This document shows, piece after piece, positions 1-15,043 of a stretch of 32,000 nucleotides of DNA. Position 1 is the first letter of the stretch, and the number at the start of each line of letters is the position of its first letter. Under the pieces are notes generated by a model, which saw only the letters and a program-made list of their open reading frames with translations, had not been told where the DNA came from and searched no databases. The position numbers were made by a program, and so were the translations under genes. The DNA comes from Pasteurella multocida (GTDB lineage: Bacteria > Pseudomonadota > Gammaproteobacteria > Enterobacterales > Pasteurellaceae), in contig NZ_LT906458.1 in the NCBI RefSeq assembly GCF_900187275.1, positions 1,710,001-1,742,000 on the forward strand, in the 5' to 3' direction.

Positions 1-116
1 CAACGCGCCATATTTTGTTTTTTCTGTCCCATCGCAATTACAGAAAAACGTTTGCAAGAATAAAGCAAAACAAGGGGAATAACTAGTTTTTTCTTACTAC
101 TTTTCCTCTTGGAATA

Positions 117-1412
117 TCAACGATATTTATCTAAAAAACGATAGTATTTAGTGCCTACAAATAAGGTGGCTTTTTGCAGTAACTTACCGCCATGCACACT
201 CGGTACTTTAAGTTGCTCAAATACGCGTAAACGCTCATCGTTACCTAAAATAGCTTCTGCAACAATACGCCCCGCTAATCCCGTTAACGCCACGCCATGT
301 CCAGAATACCCTTGCGCAAAATAAATATTCGGCGCAATTCGACCAAAATGTGGATTGGAATTCAAGGTCATATCAATAGGTCCGCCCCAACCATAGTCAA
401 TGTTGACATTTTCTAACTGAGGAAACACGTGCAACATATTGCAGCGCATAACCGTCATCATATCCAAGCCCGGACTCGAATCACTGCCAAATAACAAGCG
501 ATTGTCGGCACTTAAACGGTAATAATCTAAGAAATAATTATTGTCACATACTGACATACGGTTGCGAATCAAACTCTCCGCCATTGCATCACTTAACGGC
601 TCGGTGGCAATAATAAAACTTTCTACAGGTAAAATTTTGCGAGCAATACCACGATGTAACTTTTTTGGTAGCACACGAATATAAGCATTGGTGGCTAATA
701 CTAAATCTTTGGCAATCACGGAGCTTTGATCGGTTTTCACTTTGACTTTTGCTTTACCGATACGTAAATCAACTGCTGGCGACTGTTCATAAATTTCCAC
801 TCCTAACGCTAAACAGGCTTTCGCTAAACCTAAACAATAATTCAGTGGGTGTAAATGACCAGAATTGGCATCAAAGAGTGCGCCCGTATAAATCTCACTG
901 CCTAGATTCTCAGCTAATTTAGCTTTATCCCATAATTGCATATGGGGATAAGCAAAAAATTCGCGACAAGATTTCTCAATCGCAATTAAGTCATCCATAC
1001 GACGTGGATTTAAAGCTAACGTTGCATAACCTCTACGCCAATCACATTGAATGTTATATTTTTTAATCCGCTCTTCGATAATCGCTAACGCTTCTAGTGA
1101 CATTTGCCATAATTTCTGCGCAGTATCAAATCCCACTGCATCAATATAATCGCCAATGTCTTCTTCAAAACCGTTGATCGCCTGCCCACCATTTCGCCCT
1201 GAGGCGCCAAAGCCTACACGTGCGCCTTCTAATACAATCACTTTTTTGCCTTGTTCCGCTAATTCAAGTGCGGTCGATAGACCAAAAAATCCCGCACCGA
1301 TGATACACACATCAGCAGATTTTCGTTGTTGTAAAGGCGGAAGAGTGAAATGAAGATGACGGGAGTCGGAATAATAAGTTTTGATATGTTCTTGATGAGA
1401 AAACGTTAACAT
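117..1412 (-). CDS. ordL: FAD-dependent oxidoreductase, gamma-glutamylputrescine oxidase-like (PuuB/OrdL family)
   Basis: The ORF-track protein has an N-terminal Rossmann FAD motif (DVCIIGAGFFGLSTALELAEQGKKVIVLE) and overall DAO/PuuB-like sequence. The track starts at a TTG (1469). The first ATG (MLTFSHQEH..., 1412) gives about 431 aa, typical of the family, so I prefer it. Confidence 0.8.
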   Translation of the reverse strand: MLTFSHQEHIKTYYSDSRHLHFTLPPLQQRKSADVCIIGAGFFGLSTALELAEQGKKVIVLEGARVGFGASGRNGGQAINGFEEDIGDYIDAVGFDTAQKLWQMSLEALAIIEERIKKYNIQCDWRRGYATLALNPRRMDDLIAIEKSCREFFAYPHMQLWDKAKLAENLGSEIYTGALFDANSGHLHPLNYCLGLAKACLALGVEIYEQSPAVDLRIGKAKVKVKTDQSSVIAKDLVLATNAYIRVLPKKLHRGIARKILPVESFIIATEPLSDAMAESLIRNRMSVCDNNYFLDYYRLSADNRLLFGSDSSPGLDMMTVMRCNMLHVFPQLENVNIDYGWGGPIDMTLNSNPHFGRIAPNIYFAQGYSGHGVALTGLAGRIVAEAILGNDERLRVFEQLKVPSVHGGKLLQKATLFVGTKYYRFLDKYR

Positions 1413-1566
1413 AAAATCGCTCGCTAATAACACTAGCTGGCAGTTTACCCCGACGAAGAAATATGTCAATTTAATTCAATCACTTTATAAAGTTTGCTAT
1501 ACTCAGCGCGAAGTTCTTAAACTTAACGTTCATGCGGATTGCTTCACTAAAATCCGTTCATTTTTA

Positions 1567-1575
1567 ACCGCACTT
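1567..1575 (-). repeat. Uptake signal sequence (USS) core, ACCGCACTT on + strand
   Basis: Perfect 9-mer reverse complement of AAGTGCGGT in the ordL/potD divergent intergenic region. Confidence 0.9.
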
Positions 1576-1605
1576 TATTGTCTTTAGACATTGAGGGACT
1601 CAAAA

Positions 1606-2655
1606 TTGAAAAGACTTTTTGCTAACGTCATCAAATCACTTGTCTTCACCTCCCTTTTCTTTTTCACACATTCCGCCTTAGCAAACAAAAAGCTTTACGT
1701 TTACAACTGGACGGATTACATTCCTTCAAGTTTAATTGCTGATTTTACTAAAGAAACGGGCATTGAAGTCATCTATTCTACTTTTGAGAGTAATGAAGAG
1801 ATGTACGCGAAACTCAAATTACTTTCTAAAAATAGCGGTTATGACCTGGTTTTTCCATCGAGTTATTACATCAATAAAATGGTCAAAGATGGCATGCTAC
1901 AAAAACTCGATCACGCAAAATTAACCAATTTACATCAAATCCCAACCCATTTGCTGAATAAAGAATTTGATCCACAAAACCAATATTCCCTGCCTTATAT
2001 TTATGGACTCACTGGTATTGGTATTAATGCAGAAGAGATTGATCCTAGCAAAATTACTAGCTGGGCAGATTTATGGAAACCAGAATATAAAGGTAAAGTG
2101 TTACTAACTAGCGATGCACGCGAAGTATTTCATATTGCTTTACTGTTAAATGGCAAATCACCAAACACCACTAAAGAGCTTGAAATTAAACAAGCTTATG
2201 AAAAACTGGTTAAACTCATGCCAAACGTTTTGGTATTTAATTCTGATTCACCAGAGGTCCCTTATGTACAAGGTGAGGTTGCTTTAGGCATGATTTGGAA
2301 TGGTTCCGCCTACTTAGGTAATAAAGAAAATTCCAACATTCAGTTTATTTACCCAAAAGAAGGGGCGATTTTCTGGATGGATAACTATGCTATCCCGAAA
2401 AAAGCAAAAAATGTTGAGGGCGCATATCAATTTATCGACTTCTTATTACGTCCTGAAAATGCCAAAATTGTGATCGAAAGAATGGGATTTTCAATGCCAA
2501 ACGAAGGTGTAAAACACTTACTCGCGCCTGAAATGGTCAACAACCCAGTTCTTTTCCCACCAGCAGAGGAAGTGGAAAAAGGCATCATGCAAGGCGATGT
2601 CGGTAGAGCAGTCGATATTTATGAAAAATATTGGAACAAGCTGAAAACGAATTAA
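1606..2655 (+). CDS. potD: Spermidine/putrescine ABC transporter periplasmic binding protein PotD
   Basis: PotD-like sequence ([11 protein letters not shown]..., [26 protein letters not shown]). There is no ATG in the 5' part. The TTG at 1606 lies 7 nt after GAGGGA and yields a signal peptide [26 protein letters not shown]|NKK. The track's TTG at 1591 is the alternative start. Confidence 0.85.
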   Translation: MKRLFANVIKSLVFTSLFFFTHSALANKKLYVYNWTDYIPSSLIADFTKETGIEVIYSTFESNEEMYAKLKLLSKNSGYDLVFPSSYYINKMVKDGMLQKLDHAKLTNLHQIPTHLLNKEFDPQNQYSLPYIYGLTGIGINAEEIDPSKITSWADLWKPEYKGKVLLTSDAREVFHIALLLNGKSPNTTKELEIKQAYEKLVKLMPNVLVFNSDSPEVPYVQGEVALGMIWNGSAYLGNKENSNIQFIYPKEGAIFWMDNYAIPKKAKNVEGAYQFIDFLLRPENAKIVIERMGFSMPNEGVKHLLAPEMVNNPVLFPPAEEVEKGIMQGDVGRAVDIYEKYWNKLKTN

Positions 2656-2667
2656 TTATCCTAATAC

Positions 2668-2706
2668 AAAAAGTGCGGTCAGATAAAATTTTGACCGCAC
2701 TTTTTT
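2668..2706. terminator. Bidirectional intrinsic terminator formed by an inverted USS pair (potD / ribB convergent)
   Basis: AAAAAGTGCGGTCA (2668-2681) pairs perfectly with TGACCGCACTTTTT (2692-2705), a 14 bp stem with a 10 nt loop. A/T runs flank both sides, and it sits between the potD stop (2655) and ribB stop (2721). Confidence 0.75.
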
Positions 2707-2720
2707 ATACACACTAAATA

Positions 2721-3365
2721 TTACACATCATACTTTTGACGATAAGCCACTAAATCTTCAATCGTAACGACTGGAAAACCAAATTTCTGAGCAAACGTAA
2801 CAATTTCTGGTGCACGAGCCATTGAACCATCATCATTGGTAATTTCACAAATCACACCAGCGGCTTTATAACCAGCTAAACGAGCAAGATCAACCGATGC
2901 TTCAGTATGCCCACGGCGTTTTAACACGCCACCTGTCATCGCACGTAATGGAAAAATATGTCCCGGACGGCTTAAATCGCTTGGTTTGGCATTATCGGCA
3001 ACGGCAGCACGAATAGTTGTCACACGATCAGTGGCGGATACGCCTGTCGATACACCTTTAGCTGCCTCAATCGTCACCGTAAAGGCCGTCTTATTCACAC
3101 TGGTATTTTCAGTAACCATCGGTGGCAAATCAAGTTGTTGGCAAATTTCATCGCTTAAACATAAACAAACGATACCACTGCCATAACGAATTAACATTGT
3201 CATTTGTTCTACTGTAATGGTTTCAGCAGGAAAAATGAGATCACCTTCGTTTTCACGATCTTCATCATCAAGAACTAAAACACCGTTTCCCTGTTTAAAC
3301 GCATTAATCGCAGCAATAGCACGTTCTTCTGACTGACCAAAAGGAGATAAAATAGACTGATTCAT
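2721..3365 (-). CDS. ribB: 3,4-dihydroxy-2-butanone 4-phosphate synthase
   Basis: 214 aa with RibB signatures ([31 protein letters not shown]). An FMN riboswitch lies directly upstream. Confidence 0.95.
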   Translation of the reverse strand: MNQSILSPFGQSEERAIAAINAFKQGNGVLVLDDEDRENEGDLIFPAETITVEQMTMLIRYGSGIVCLCLSDEICQQLDLPPMVTENTSVNKTAFTVTIEAAKGVSTGVSATDRVTTIRAAVADNAKPSDLSRPGHIFPLRAMTGGVLKRRGHTEASVDLARLAGYKAAGVICEITNDDGSMARAPEIVTFAQKFGFPVVTIEDLVAYRQKYDV

Positions 3366-3451
3366 AGTAAATTCCTTGAAATATAAAGATATTTAGATAC
3401 CAGAATCAGGGCTGATGAGAAAAGTATGTGGCTAAGAAAATCTTAAACAAA

Positions 3452-3645
3452 CAAAAAATACAGGTTTTGCACACAAAACCTGCTTATTCTCTTTCATCCA
3501 GACTATACTGTCGGCTTTGGATTCTCACCAAATCTGCTGACTTTACTATCTCTTGTGACATGAAATAGTAAACGCTCGTGGGCTTATGTTATACATTTAC
3601 CACCGGTAGGGAATTTCACCCTGCCCTGAGAATGCGCAAATAGTA
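3452..3645 (-). promoter_or_regulatory. FMN riboswitch (RFN element) with terminator expression platform, controlling ribB
   Basis: The minus strand reads TTCTCAGGGCAGGGTGAAATTCCCTACCGGTGGTAA...AGCCCACGAGCG...GTCAGCAGATTTGGTGAGAATCCAAAGCCGACAGTATAGTCTGGATGAAAGAGAA, matching the conserved RFN core. It is followed by the hairpin GCAGGTTTTGTGTGCAAAACCTG plus TATTTTTT (3452-3484). Confidence 0.92.
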
Positions 3646-3731
3646 TAACGCAAACTTAATCTCGAAAAAATGTTTTTATTTGTAGCAAGATTACATACAA
3701 TAGATGAAATTTCAAAAAATATGAGGCGATT

Positions 3732-3983
3732 ATGCTAAATCCGAAAAAAATAGAGCAAGTTATACAACAAATCCAAGACTCTCTTCCACAAGGGATTAAA
3801 GACTTGGGACAAGATGCTGAAGCCAAACTCAAACAAACATTGCAAGCGCAATTAGCAAAACTTGATTTGGTGACGCGTGAAGAGTTTGATGTACAAACAC
3901 AAGTATTAATGCGTACTCGGGAAAAATTAGTGGCGTTAGAAAAACGGGTTGATGAATTACTTGCACAACAAAACCAAGCATAA
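3732..3983 (+). CDS. ubiK: Ubiquinone biosynthesis accessory factor UbiK (YqiC/BMFP family)
   Basis: 83 aa coiled-coil protein. PKKIEQ...[23 protein letters not shown] closely matches E. coli YqiC/UbiK. Confidence 0.85.
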   Translation: MLNPKKIEQVIQQIQDSLPQGIKDLGQDAEAKLKQTLQAQLAKLDLVTREEFDVQTQVLMRTREKLVALEKRVDELLAQQNQA

Positions 3984-4002
3984 CCTTGCGCCACTCGCTG
4001 AA

Positions 4003-4011
4003 AAGTGCGGT
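4003..4011 (+). repeat. USS core AAGTGCGGT
   Basis: Perfect 9-mer 20 nt after the ubiK stop. It can pair with the downstream CACTTT as a weak 6 bp hairpin. Confidence 0.9.
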
Positions 4012-4035
4012 CTTCACTTTACTATTTCTGAATAA

Positions 4036-6011
<1,976 letters not shown>

Positions 6012-6046
6012 AATGACAAGAGCTGCATTCCCCTATTAAACATCAA

Positions 6047-6110
6047 AGAAACAGACCGCACTTATGCCTCTGAGAATTAAAAGAGAAAAGTGCGGTTTCT
6101 TTTTTCTCTT
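6047..6110 (+). terminator. Putative terminator built on an inverted USS pair
   Basis: AGAAACAGACCGCACTT (6047-6063) pairs with AAGTGCGGTTTCT (6088-6100): 8 bp plus 5 bp with a bulge and a 24 nt loop. It is followed by TTTTTTCTCTTTTC. The large loop makes it weaker than a canonical terminator. Confidence 0.5.
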
Positions 6111-6194
6111 TTCTAGCTAACTCAGCAGTATTCCAGTATTAGGATTATCTTCAAGGAAAAGTAAAATCCCTGTTTCATAAAAAGCGGAGGAAAA

Positions 6195-6228
6195 AGAAAA
6201 CCCACTGATACATATCAGTGGGTTTTAT
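6195..6228 (-). terminator. Intrinsic terminator of the alpha operon (after rplQ)
   Basis: CCCACTGATA / TATCAGTGGG form a 10 bp stem flanked by AAAA and TTTT. On the minus strand it is followed by TTTTCTTTTTCC, about 40 nt after the rplQ stop. A second 8 bp hairpin (AAGTTAGA/TCTAACTT, about 6238-6257) lies between them. Confidence 0.75.
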
Positions 6229-6268
6229 CTCGAGTATAAGTTAGAACAATCTAACTTAATTTAAGTTA

Positions 6269-6658
6269 TTACTCCGCAGTTGCTTCTTCAGCTGCAACTT
6301 CTGGGCGATCAACTAACTCAATGTATGCCATTGGCGCGTTATCACCAGTACGGAAACCACATTTCAAGATGCGAGTGTAACCACCTGCACGTTGAGCAAA
6401 ACGTGGACCTAATTCATTGAATAATTTAGCAACAGTTTCAATGTTGCGAGTACGAGCAAAAGCTAAACGACGATTTGCAACGCTATCTACTTTTGCTAAT
6501 GTAATTAACGGCTCAACTACACGACGTAATTCTTTAGCTTTTGGCAACGTAGTCTTGATAATTTCGTGACTAACTAAAGAGCTTGCCATATTACGGAACA
6601 TCGCTTGGCGATGGCTGCTATTACGGTTTAGTTGACGACCACTCTTACGATGGCGCAT
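6269..6658 (-). CDS. rplQ: 50S ribosomal protein L17
   Basis: [24 protein letters not shown]... is canonical L17, and this is the last gene of the alpha operon. Confidence 0.97.
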   Translation of the reverse strand: MRHRKSGRQLNRNSSHRQAMFRNMASSLVSHEIIKTTLPKAKELRRVVEPLITLAKVDSVANRRLAFARTRNIETVAKLFNELGPRFAQRAGGYTRILKCGFRTGDNAPMAYIELVDRPEVAAEEATAE

Positions 6659-6699
6659 GACCTTATCCTTCTCAGAAAAATCTTTAACCTATGACCAAA

Positions 6700-7689
6700 C
6701 TAGTCTTCAGCAATACTTGCTGGTGGCCAATTTTCAAGGCGCATACCTAGTGATAAGCCGCGTGAAGCAAGAACATCCTTAATTTCAGTAAGTGATTTCT
6801 TACCAAGATTAGGTGTTTTTAATAATTCAACTTCAGTACGCTGTACTAAATCACCGATATAGTGAATTGTTTCTGCTTTCAAACAGTTAGCAGAACGAAC
6901 TGTCAACTCTAAGTCATCAACAGGACGCAACAGAATTGGATCGAATTCTGGTTTTTCTTCCTTAACTTCTGGTTGACGAACATCACGCAAATCAACGAAC
7001 GCATCTAGTTGCTCTGCTAAAATTGTTGCTGCACGACGAATTGCTTCTTCTGGATCAATAGTGCCGTTAGTTTCCAACTCAATAACTAATTTATCTAAGT
7101 CAGTACGTTGTTCAACACGTGCTGCTTCAACATTATAAGCAATACGGTCTACTGGACTGTAACAAGCATCTACTAATAGACGACCAATTGGTCTTTCTTC
7201 ATCTTGAGCATGCACACGCGCTGATGCGGGTACATAACCTCTACCACGTTGAACGCGAATGCGCATATTAATGGATGCGCTTTCGTCAGTCAAATGACAG
7301 ATAACGTGCTCAGGATTTACGATCTCAACATCTCCATCATGGGTGATGTCAGCTGCAACAACAGGGCCAATTCCAGATTTGTTTAATGTCAGAAATACAT
7401 CATCTTTATTCTGAACTTTAACCGCTAGGCCTTTTAAGTTTAGAAGTACTTCAAGAATATCTTCCTGAACCCCTTCTTTACTGCTGTATTCGTGCAATAC
7501 GCCATCAATTTCTACTTCAGTTACAGCACAACCTGGCATTGAAGATAGAAGAATACGACGCAATGCATTACCTAAAGTGTGGCCGAATCCACGCTCTAAC
7601 GGTTCTAAGATCACTTTAGCATGAGTTGAGCTAATTTGCTCAATATCAACTAAGCGTGGCTTTAAAAATTCTGTAACAGAACCCTGCAT
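6700..7689 (-). CDS. rpoA: DNA-directed RNA polymerase subunit alpha
   Basis: 329 aa. [18 protein letters not shown]... and the C-terminal domain sequence match RpoA. Confidence 0.98.
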   Translation of the reverse strand: MQGSVTEFLKPRLVDIEQISSTHAKVILEPLERGFGHTLGNALRRILLSSMPGCAVTEVEIDGVLHEYSSKEGVQEDILEVLLNLKGLAVKVQNKDDVFLTLNKSGIGPVVAADITHDGDVEIVNPEHVICHLTDESASINMRIRVQRGRGYVPASARVHAQDEERPIGRLLVDACYSPVDRIAYNVEAARVEQRTDLDKLVIELETNGTIDPEEAIRRAATILAEQLDAFVDLRDVRQPEVKEEKPEFDPILLRPVDDLELTVRSANCLKAETIHYIGDLVQRTEVELLKTPNLGKKSLTEIKDVLASRGLSLGMRLENWPPASIAED

Positions 7690-7721
7690 TTTATCCTCTC
7701 TTTGCTTCTAAGCTTTAACTA

Positions 7722-8342
7722 TTATTTAGAGTAAAGCTCAACGATCAGATGTTCGTTAATGTCTGCTGATAAATCAGAACGTTCAGGAACACGTTTGAAC
7801 ACACCTTCCATTTTAGCAGCATCAACTTCTAACCAAGTTGGTTTTTCTCTTTGTTCTGCTAATTCTAATGATGCTTTAATACGTGCTTGTTTTTTAGATT
7901 TCTCACGAACAGCAACTACATCATTAACTGAAACTTGGAATGATGGGATATTAACAACACGACCATTTACAACAATCGCTTTGTGACTCACCAATTGGCG
8001 AGCTTCAGCACGAGTTGCAGCAAAGCCCATGCGATAAACAACGTTATCCAATCTACCTTCCAATAATACTAGTAAGTTTTCACCAGTATTACCTTTTAAG
8101 CGGTTTGCTTCTTTATAATAATTACGGAATTGACGTTCTAAGATACCGTAAATACGACGAACTTTTTGTTTTTCACGTAATTGACTACCATAGTCAGATA
8201 AACGCGGCTTACGAGCACCGTGTTGACCTGGGGCGGTATCAATTTTACATTTTGATTCAATCGCGCGCACACCTGACTTAAGGAATAAGTCAGTGCCTTC
8301 ACGACGGCTTAGCTTGAGCTTAGGACCCAAATATCTTGCCAT
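7722..8342 (-). CDS. rpsD: 30S ribosomal protein S4
   Basis: [24 protein letters not shown]... is canonical S4. Confidence 0.97.
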   Translation of the reverse strand: MARYLGPKLKLSRREGTDLFLKSGVRAIESKCKIDTAPGQHGARKPRLSDYGSQLREKQKVRRIYGILERQFRNYYKEANRLKGNTGENLLVLLEGRLDNVVYRMGFAATRAEARQLVSHKAIVVNGRVVNIPSFQVSVNDVVAVREKSKKQARIKASLELAEQREKPTWLEVDAAKMEGVFKRVPERSDLSADINEHLIVELYSK

Positions 8343-8371
8343 TTTCTTTCTCCAACTATCCTATGACGCCA

Positions 8372-8767
<396 letters not shown>

Positions 8768-8777
8768 TTACCCCGAC

Positions 8778-9134
8778 TTATTTCTTGATCGGCTTACGAG
8801 GACCCTTACGGGTACGCGCATTAGTTTTAGTACGTTGACCACGTACCGGTAAACCACGACGATGACGTAAACCACGATAACAACCTAAGTCTAATAGACG
8901 TTTGATGTTTAGTGTTACTTCACGACGTAAGTCACCTTCAACGGTAAATTTACCAACTTCGTCACGCAGTTTATCAATCTGCTCTTCAGACAATTCGCTG
9001 ATCTTAACATCTTCGGCAATCCCTGTTGCAGCACAAATCGCTTGTGCGCGAGTCTTACCGATACCATAAATTGCAGTTAAAGCGATTACAGTGTGTTTAT
9101 GATCAGGAATGTTAATGCCTGCAATACGGGCCAC
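8778..9134 (-). CDS. rpsM: 30S ribosomal protein S13
   Basis: [14 protein letters not shown]... is canonical S13. Confidence 0.97.
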   Translation of the reverse strand: MARIAGINIPDHKHTVIALTAIYGIGKTRAQAICAATGIAEDVKISELSEEQIDKLRDEVGKFTVEGDLRREVTLNIKRLLDLGCYRGLRHRRGLPVRGQRTKTNARTRKGPRKPIKK

Positions 9135-9274
9135 TATGCACTCCTATTATTTAACTAAGTTGACACTTTGATCTTGAAAAGCCCGTTTTCAGGATACTCA
9201 AACAAAGTGTCAAGGACATAAATGAGCTGAGCAGTATAACTGCTCAACTGGTTCTTTGCAAGAAAAAATATCAA
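9135..9274 (-). promoter_or_regulatory. spc-alpha junction and alpha-operon leader (candidate S4 autoregulatory region)
   Basis: A 140 nt gap separates rpmJ and rpsM. It holds an 11 bp perfect inverted repeat, TTGACACTTTG (9160-9170) / CAAAGTGTCAA (9203-9213), and a 7 bp hairpin TGAGCAG/CTGCTCA (9228-9246) with no U-run. By position it corresponds to the E. coli alpha leader where S4 binds. The function here is inferred only. Confidence 0.4.
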
Positions 9275-9388
9275 CTAACCTTGACGTTGTTTATGTTTAG
9301 GGTCGCTACAAAGTACACGAACGACACCTTCACGTTTAACAATTTTACAGTTACGACATAATTTCTTCACGGAAGCACGAACTTTCAT
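9275..9388 (-). CDS. rpmJ: 50S ribosomal protein L36 (zinc-ribbon type)
   Basis: Not in the ORF track because it is too short. Hand translation of the minus strand gives [37 protein letters not shown] followed by a stop, with the CxxC...C...H pattern. It sits in the canonical position after secY. Confidence 0.93.
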   Translation of the reverse strand: MKVRASVKKLCRNCKIVKREGVVRVLCSDPKHKQRQG

Positions 9389-9416
9389 TGCTTATCCCTT
9401 TTATTTAATGGACAGA

Positions 9417-10742
9417 TTACTGTCCGAAACCTTTAAGGTTTGCTTTCTTCAGCGCAGATTCATATTTCGTCGACATCAAATGACTTTGAACCTGAGCGAT
9501 GAAATCCATAATTACTACGACAACAATCAGAAGAGAGGTTCCACCAAAGTAGAACTGTACATTCCATGCTGATGTCATCACGTAAGGAACCAAACATACG
9601 AACGTAATATACAAGCCACCAATTAAGGTTAAGCGAGTCATAATTTTGTCAATATAACGTGATGTTTGTTCACCTGGTCTAATTCCTGGTATAAATGCAC
9701 CAGATTTTTTCAAATTATCCGCTGTATCACGAGGATTATATTGCATTGCGGTATAGAAAAAACTAAAGAAGATGATCGCTACGGCATAAACAAGCAAATA
9801 GAGTGGTTGACCTGGATGCAATAACATTGATAAATCTGTTAACCATTCTAAGCTCGATCCCTCACCAAGCCACTGCGCTAATGTCGCAGGGAATAAAATA
9901 ATACTTGATGCGAAAATTGCTGGAATAACGCCTGCCATATTGACTTTTAATGGTAAGTGCGTTGAGTGTCCACCTAGAATCTGACGACCTTGCTGACGCT
10001 TAGCATATTCAACTTTAATTCTTCTTTGTCCTCTTTCAACAAAGACAACAAAGTAGGTTACAGCAAATACAATAACGGCGATCAATAAGAGAACTAATAG
10101 ATGCATTTGACCTTGGCGAGTTTGCTCAATCGTTTGACCAATCGCGGATGGTAACCCTGCAACAATACCCGCAAAAATAATTAAAGAGATACCATTACCA
10201 ATACCACGTTCTGTTATTTGCTCACCTAACCACATTAAGAACATTGTTCCTGTGACCAAGCTAATAACTGCAGCAAGATAAAAACTAAATCCTACGTTAG
10301 GGACAAGTCCAGGTAGCATATTAGGTAAGCCTGTTGAAATACCAACCGCCTGTAATGTCGCAAGGACTAACGTTGAATAACGCGTGTATTTGCTGATTTT
10401 ACGACGACCAGCCTCACCCTCTTTTTTTAATTCTGCAAGTGCAGGATGAACCGTAGTCAATAGTTGGATGATAATCGATGCCGAGATATATGGCATAATA
10501 CCTAACGCAAAAATTGACGCACGACTCAATGCACCACCAGAGAACATGTTAAACATATCAATGATGGTGCCTTTTTGTTGTTCAATTAATTGAGCTAACA
10601 CGGCCGCATCAATACCAGGAACCGGAATGAAAGAACCAATGCGGAACACAATAAGTGCGCCTAATACAAATAACAATCTGCTTTTAAGTTCACCTGTACC
10701 GCTTTGAGTACTTCTACTTTGATAACCTGGTTGCTTAGCCAT
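9417..10742 (-). CDS. secY: Preprotein translocase subunit SecY
   Basis: 441 aa polytopic membrane protein with SecY sequence, in the canonical spc-operon position. Confidence 0.97.
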   Translation of the reverse strand: MAKQPGYQSRSTQSGTGELKSRLLFVLGALIVFRIGSFIPVPGIDAAVLAQLIEQQKGTIIDMFNMFSGGALSRASIFALGIMPYISASIIIQLLTTVHPALAELKKEGEAGRRKISKYTRYSTLVLATLQAVGISTGLPNMLPGLVPNVGFSFYLAAVISLVTGTMFLMWLGEQITERGIGNGISLIIFAGIVAGLPSAIGQTIEQTRQGQMHLLVLLLIAVIVFAVTYFVVFVERGQRRIKVEYAKRQQGRQILGGHSTHLPLKVNMAGVIPAIFASSIILFPATLAQWLGEGSSLEWLTDLSMLLHPGQPLYLLVYAVAIIFFSFFYTAMQYNPRDTADNLKKSGAFIPGIRPGEQTSRYIDKIMTRLTLIGGLYITFVCLVPYVMTSAWNVQFYFGGTSLLIVVVVIMDFIAQVQSHLMSTKYESALKKANLKGFGQ

Positions 10743-10749
10743 TTATTTA

Positions 10750-11184
10750 TTATTCCTCAACTGAACCGCCAGCAGCTTCAATTGCTGCTTTCGCACCTTT
10801 AGTTACGCGTAAACCACGAACAACCACTGCACCTTTCACTTCACCTGCTAAAATGATTTTAACAAATTGAATATCTTTGGTGATGACATTCGCTGCTTTT
10901 AATGATTCTAAAGTTACTACGCCACCTTCTACTTTGGCTAAATCATTCAAACGAACTTCTGCAGTTACTGCAGCTTTCATTGAAGTAAAACCAAATTTTG
11001 GTAAACGACGATATAAAGGCATCTGACCACCCTCGAAACCACGACGAACACCGCCGCCAGTACGAGATTTTTGACCTTTGTGACCACGACCACCTGTTTT
11101 ACCTAAACCAGAACCAATACCGCGACCTAAACGTTTAGCACTATGCTTAGCGCCTTCAGCTGGTGATAGAGTATTTAAACGCAT
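10750..11184 (-). CDS. rplO: 50S ribosomal protein L15
   Basis: [38 protein letters not shown]... is canonical L15. Confidence 0.97.
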   Translation of the reverse strand: MRLNTLSPAEGAKHSAKRLGRGIGSGLGKTGGRGHKGQKSRTGGGVRRGFEGGQMPLYRRLPKFGFTSMKAAVTAEVRLNDLAKVEGGVVTLESLKAANVITKDIQFVKIILAGEVKGAVVVRGLRVTKGAKAAIEAAGGSVEE

Positions 11185-11188
11185 TCGA

Positions 11189-11368
11189 TTACTCCTCCAC
11201 TTTAACCATGTATGAAACTTGGTTAATCATACCACGTACTGCTGGAGTATCGATTAACTCAACAGTATGATGCATATGGCGAAGACCAAGACCACGCAAT
11301 GTAGCCTTATGCTTCGGTAAACGAGCAATAGAACTACGAACTTGAGTTACTTTAATAGTTTTAGCCAT
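11189..11368 (-). CDS. rpmD: 50S ribosomal protein L30
   Basis: [30 protein letters not shown]... is canonical L30. The track start (TTG at 11374) abuts the rpsE stop, and the ATG at 11368 gives the usual 59 aa. Confidence 0.95.
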
Positions 11369-11374
11369 TATCAA

Positions 11375-11881
<507 letters not shown>

Positions 11882-11890
11882 TTACCTCTA

Positions 11891-12244
11891 TTAGAACTGT
11901 AGACCAGCTTCACGGGCAGCGTCCGCTAACGTTTGGACACGACCATGATATTTAAAACCAGAACGATCAAAAGCAACGTCTTTAACGCCTTTTGCTAATG
12001 CTCTTTCTGCAACAACTTTACCAACTACTGCTGCTGCATCTTTATTTCCGGTATATTTCACTTGCTCACTAATTACTTTTTCAACAGTTGAAGCAGCGGC
12101 AAGAACTTCTGAACCGTTCGGTGCAATCACTTGTGCGTAGATATGACGTGGAGTACGGTGAATAACTAAACGCGTTACACCTTGCTCTCTCATCATATGA
12201 CGTGCACGAGCTGCACGACGGATACGAGCTGATTTCTTATCCAT
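11891..12244 (-). CDS. rplR: 50S ribosomal protein L18
   Basis: [22 protein letters not shown]...[16 protein letters not shown] is canonical L18. Confidence 0.97.
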   Translation of the reverse strand: MDKKSARIRRAARARHMMREQGVTRLVIHRTPRHIYAQVIAPNGSEVLAAASTVEKVISEQVKYTGNKDAAAVVGKVVAERALAKGVKDVAFDRSGFKYHGRVQTLADAAREAGLQF

Positions 12245-12257
12245 AGTGTTACCTTAA

Positions 12258-12791
12258 TTATTTTTTCTTAGCCTCTTTGATACGTACCACTTCATCAGCG
12301 TAACGTACCCCTTTACCTTTATAAGGCTCAGGACGGCGATAAGCACGAATATCTGCAGCAACTTGACCGATTAACTGCTTGTCTGCACCTTTCAACACGA
12401 TTTCGGTTTGAGATGGACATTCAGCTGTAATACCTGCTGGTAAAGCGTGCTCCACAGGGTGAGAGAAGCCTAAGCTTAAAGCAACTGCATTGCCTTTAAT
12501 TTGTGCTCTGTAACCTACACCCACCAATTGTAACTTCTTAGTGAAGCCTTCAGTAACACCGATAACCATTGCGTTAACTAATGCACGTGCAGTTCCTGCT
12601 TGCGCATCTGCTCCAACAATACCTTCACGTGGAGAAAAAGTTAATTCGTTATTATCTTGTTTAACTTCGACTGCGTTATGAATGGTACGAGATAACTCGC
12701 CATTTTTTCCTTTAACTGTTAGTAGCTGTCCGTCGAGTTTTACCTCAACGCCGGCAGGAATACTAACAGGTGCTTTTGCAACACGAGACAT
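12258..12791 (-). CDS. rplF: 50S ribosomal protein L6
   Basis: [33 protein letters not shown]... is canonical L6. Confidence 0.97.
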   Translation of the reverse strand: MSRVAKAPVSIPAGVEVKLDGQLLTVKGKNGELSRTIHNAVEVKQDNNELTFSPREGIVGADAQAGTARALVNAMVIGVTEGFTKKLQLVGVGYRAQIKGNAVALSLGFSHPVEHALPAGITAECPSQTEIVLKGADKQLIGQVAADIRAYRRPEPYKGKGVRYADEVVRIKEAKKK

Positions 12792-12806
12792 TTTCCTACC
12801 TCTCTA

Positions 12807-13199
12807 TTAAGCTACGTAACAGATAATCTCACCGCCTAAACCCGCTTGGCGAGCTGCACGGTCAGTCATCACACCTTTAGATGTAGATACTACTGCAACA
12901 CCTAAACCACCCATTACTTTTGGTAACTCGTCTTTACGTTTATAAATACGTAGACCTGGGCGGCTAACACGTTGGATGCTTTCTACAACTGGTTTGCCTT
13001 GGAAATATTTTAATGTAATTTCCAACTCTGGTTTAACACCATCTAAAACTTTAACGCTTTCAATATAACCTTCTTCAGCTAATACATTGGCAATCGCCAC
13101 TTTTAGCTTGGATGAAGGCATACTGATCGCAACTTTGTTCGCAGCTTGACCGTTGCGAATGCGAGTCAACATATCTGCGATTGGATCTTGCATACTCAT
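12807..13199 (-). CDS. rpsH: 30S ribosomal protein S8
   Basis: [22 protein letters not shown]... is canonical S8. Confidence 0.97.
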   Translation of the reverse strand: MSMQDPIADMLTRIRNGQAANKVAISMPSSKLKVAIANVLAEEGYIESVKVLDGVKPELEITLKYFQGKPVVESIQRVSRPGLRIYKRKDELPKVMGGLGVAVVSTSKGVMTDRAARQAGLGGEIICYVA

Positions 13200-13235
13200 T
13201 GTATTTTTACTCCGATTCCAAAATAAAGTGGTAAA

Positions 13236-14421
<1,186 letters not shown>

Positions 14422-14435
14422 TTGTCACTTCTCCC

Positions 14436-14819
<384 letters not shown>

Positions 14820-14879
14820 CTAAAATTAATAAAACCCTTTCGGGACGAATCTATCTGCACATACACAGATAGGACGTGG

Positions 14880-14909
14880 ATTCTATCATAATAAACAATA
14901 CGAAAGCAA
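14880..14909 (-). promoter_or_regulatory. Candidate spc-operon promoter
   Basis: The minus strand reads TTGCTT, an 18 nt spacer, then TGATAGAAT (extended -10, TGnTAGAAT). This lies about 65 nt upstream of the rplN ATG. It is a sequence match only. Confidence 0.4.
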
Positions 14910-14990
14910 CATAATGTGTTGTAAAAAATAGAAAGATTTTTAATCAACTTTTGCTGACAAACTGTTACTTTCAGATGTTTTTTTGTAGAC

Positions 14991-15024
14991 AAAAAAGCCA
15001 AAGGATGATTCCTTTGGCTTTTTG
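14991..15024 (-). terminator. Intrinsic terminator/attenuator at the end of the S10 operon
   Basis: AAAAGCCAAAGGA (14993-15005) / TCCTTTGGCTTTT (15010-15022) form a 13 bp stem with a 4 nt loop. The minus strand is followed by TTTTTTGT. It lies 20 nt after the rpsQ stop. Confidence 0.8.
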
Positions 15025-15043
15025 ATTTTATGTTGAGCTGATA

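Noticed and set aside
1-116. Possible weak terminator after ordL (about 33-66) and a possible minus-strand start codon (ATGGCGCGTTG, 12 to 1) of a gene leaving the window.
   Set aside because: The hairpin is only about 6 bp with a bulge, and only 4 codons of the putative gene are visible. Neither can be supported.
3656-4017. Minus-strand ORFs of 112 aa and 62 aa overlapping ubiK.
   Set aside because: They are antisense shadows of a well-supported ubiK and are Cys/Ser-rich with no recognisable family. The region upstream is occupied by the ribB riboswitch promoter.
6100-6230. Possible small RNA between the USS-pair hairpin (6047-6110) and the rplQ terminator hairpin (6195-6228).
   Set aside because: There is no recognisable promoter. 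The second hairpin is fully explained as the alpha-operon terminator on the other strand, and its plus-strand T-run is short. This is pure speculation without expression data.
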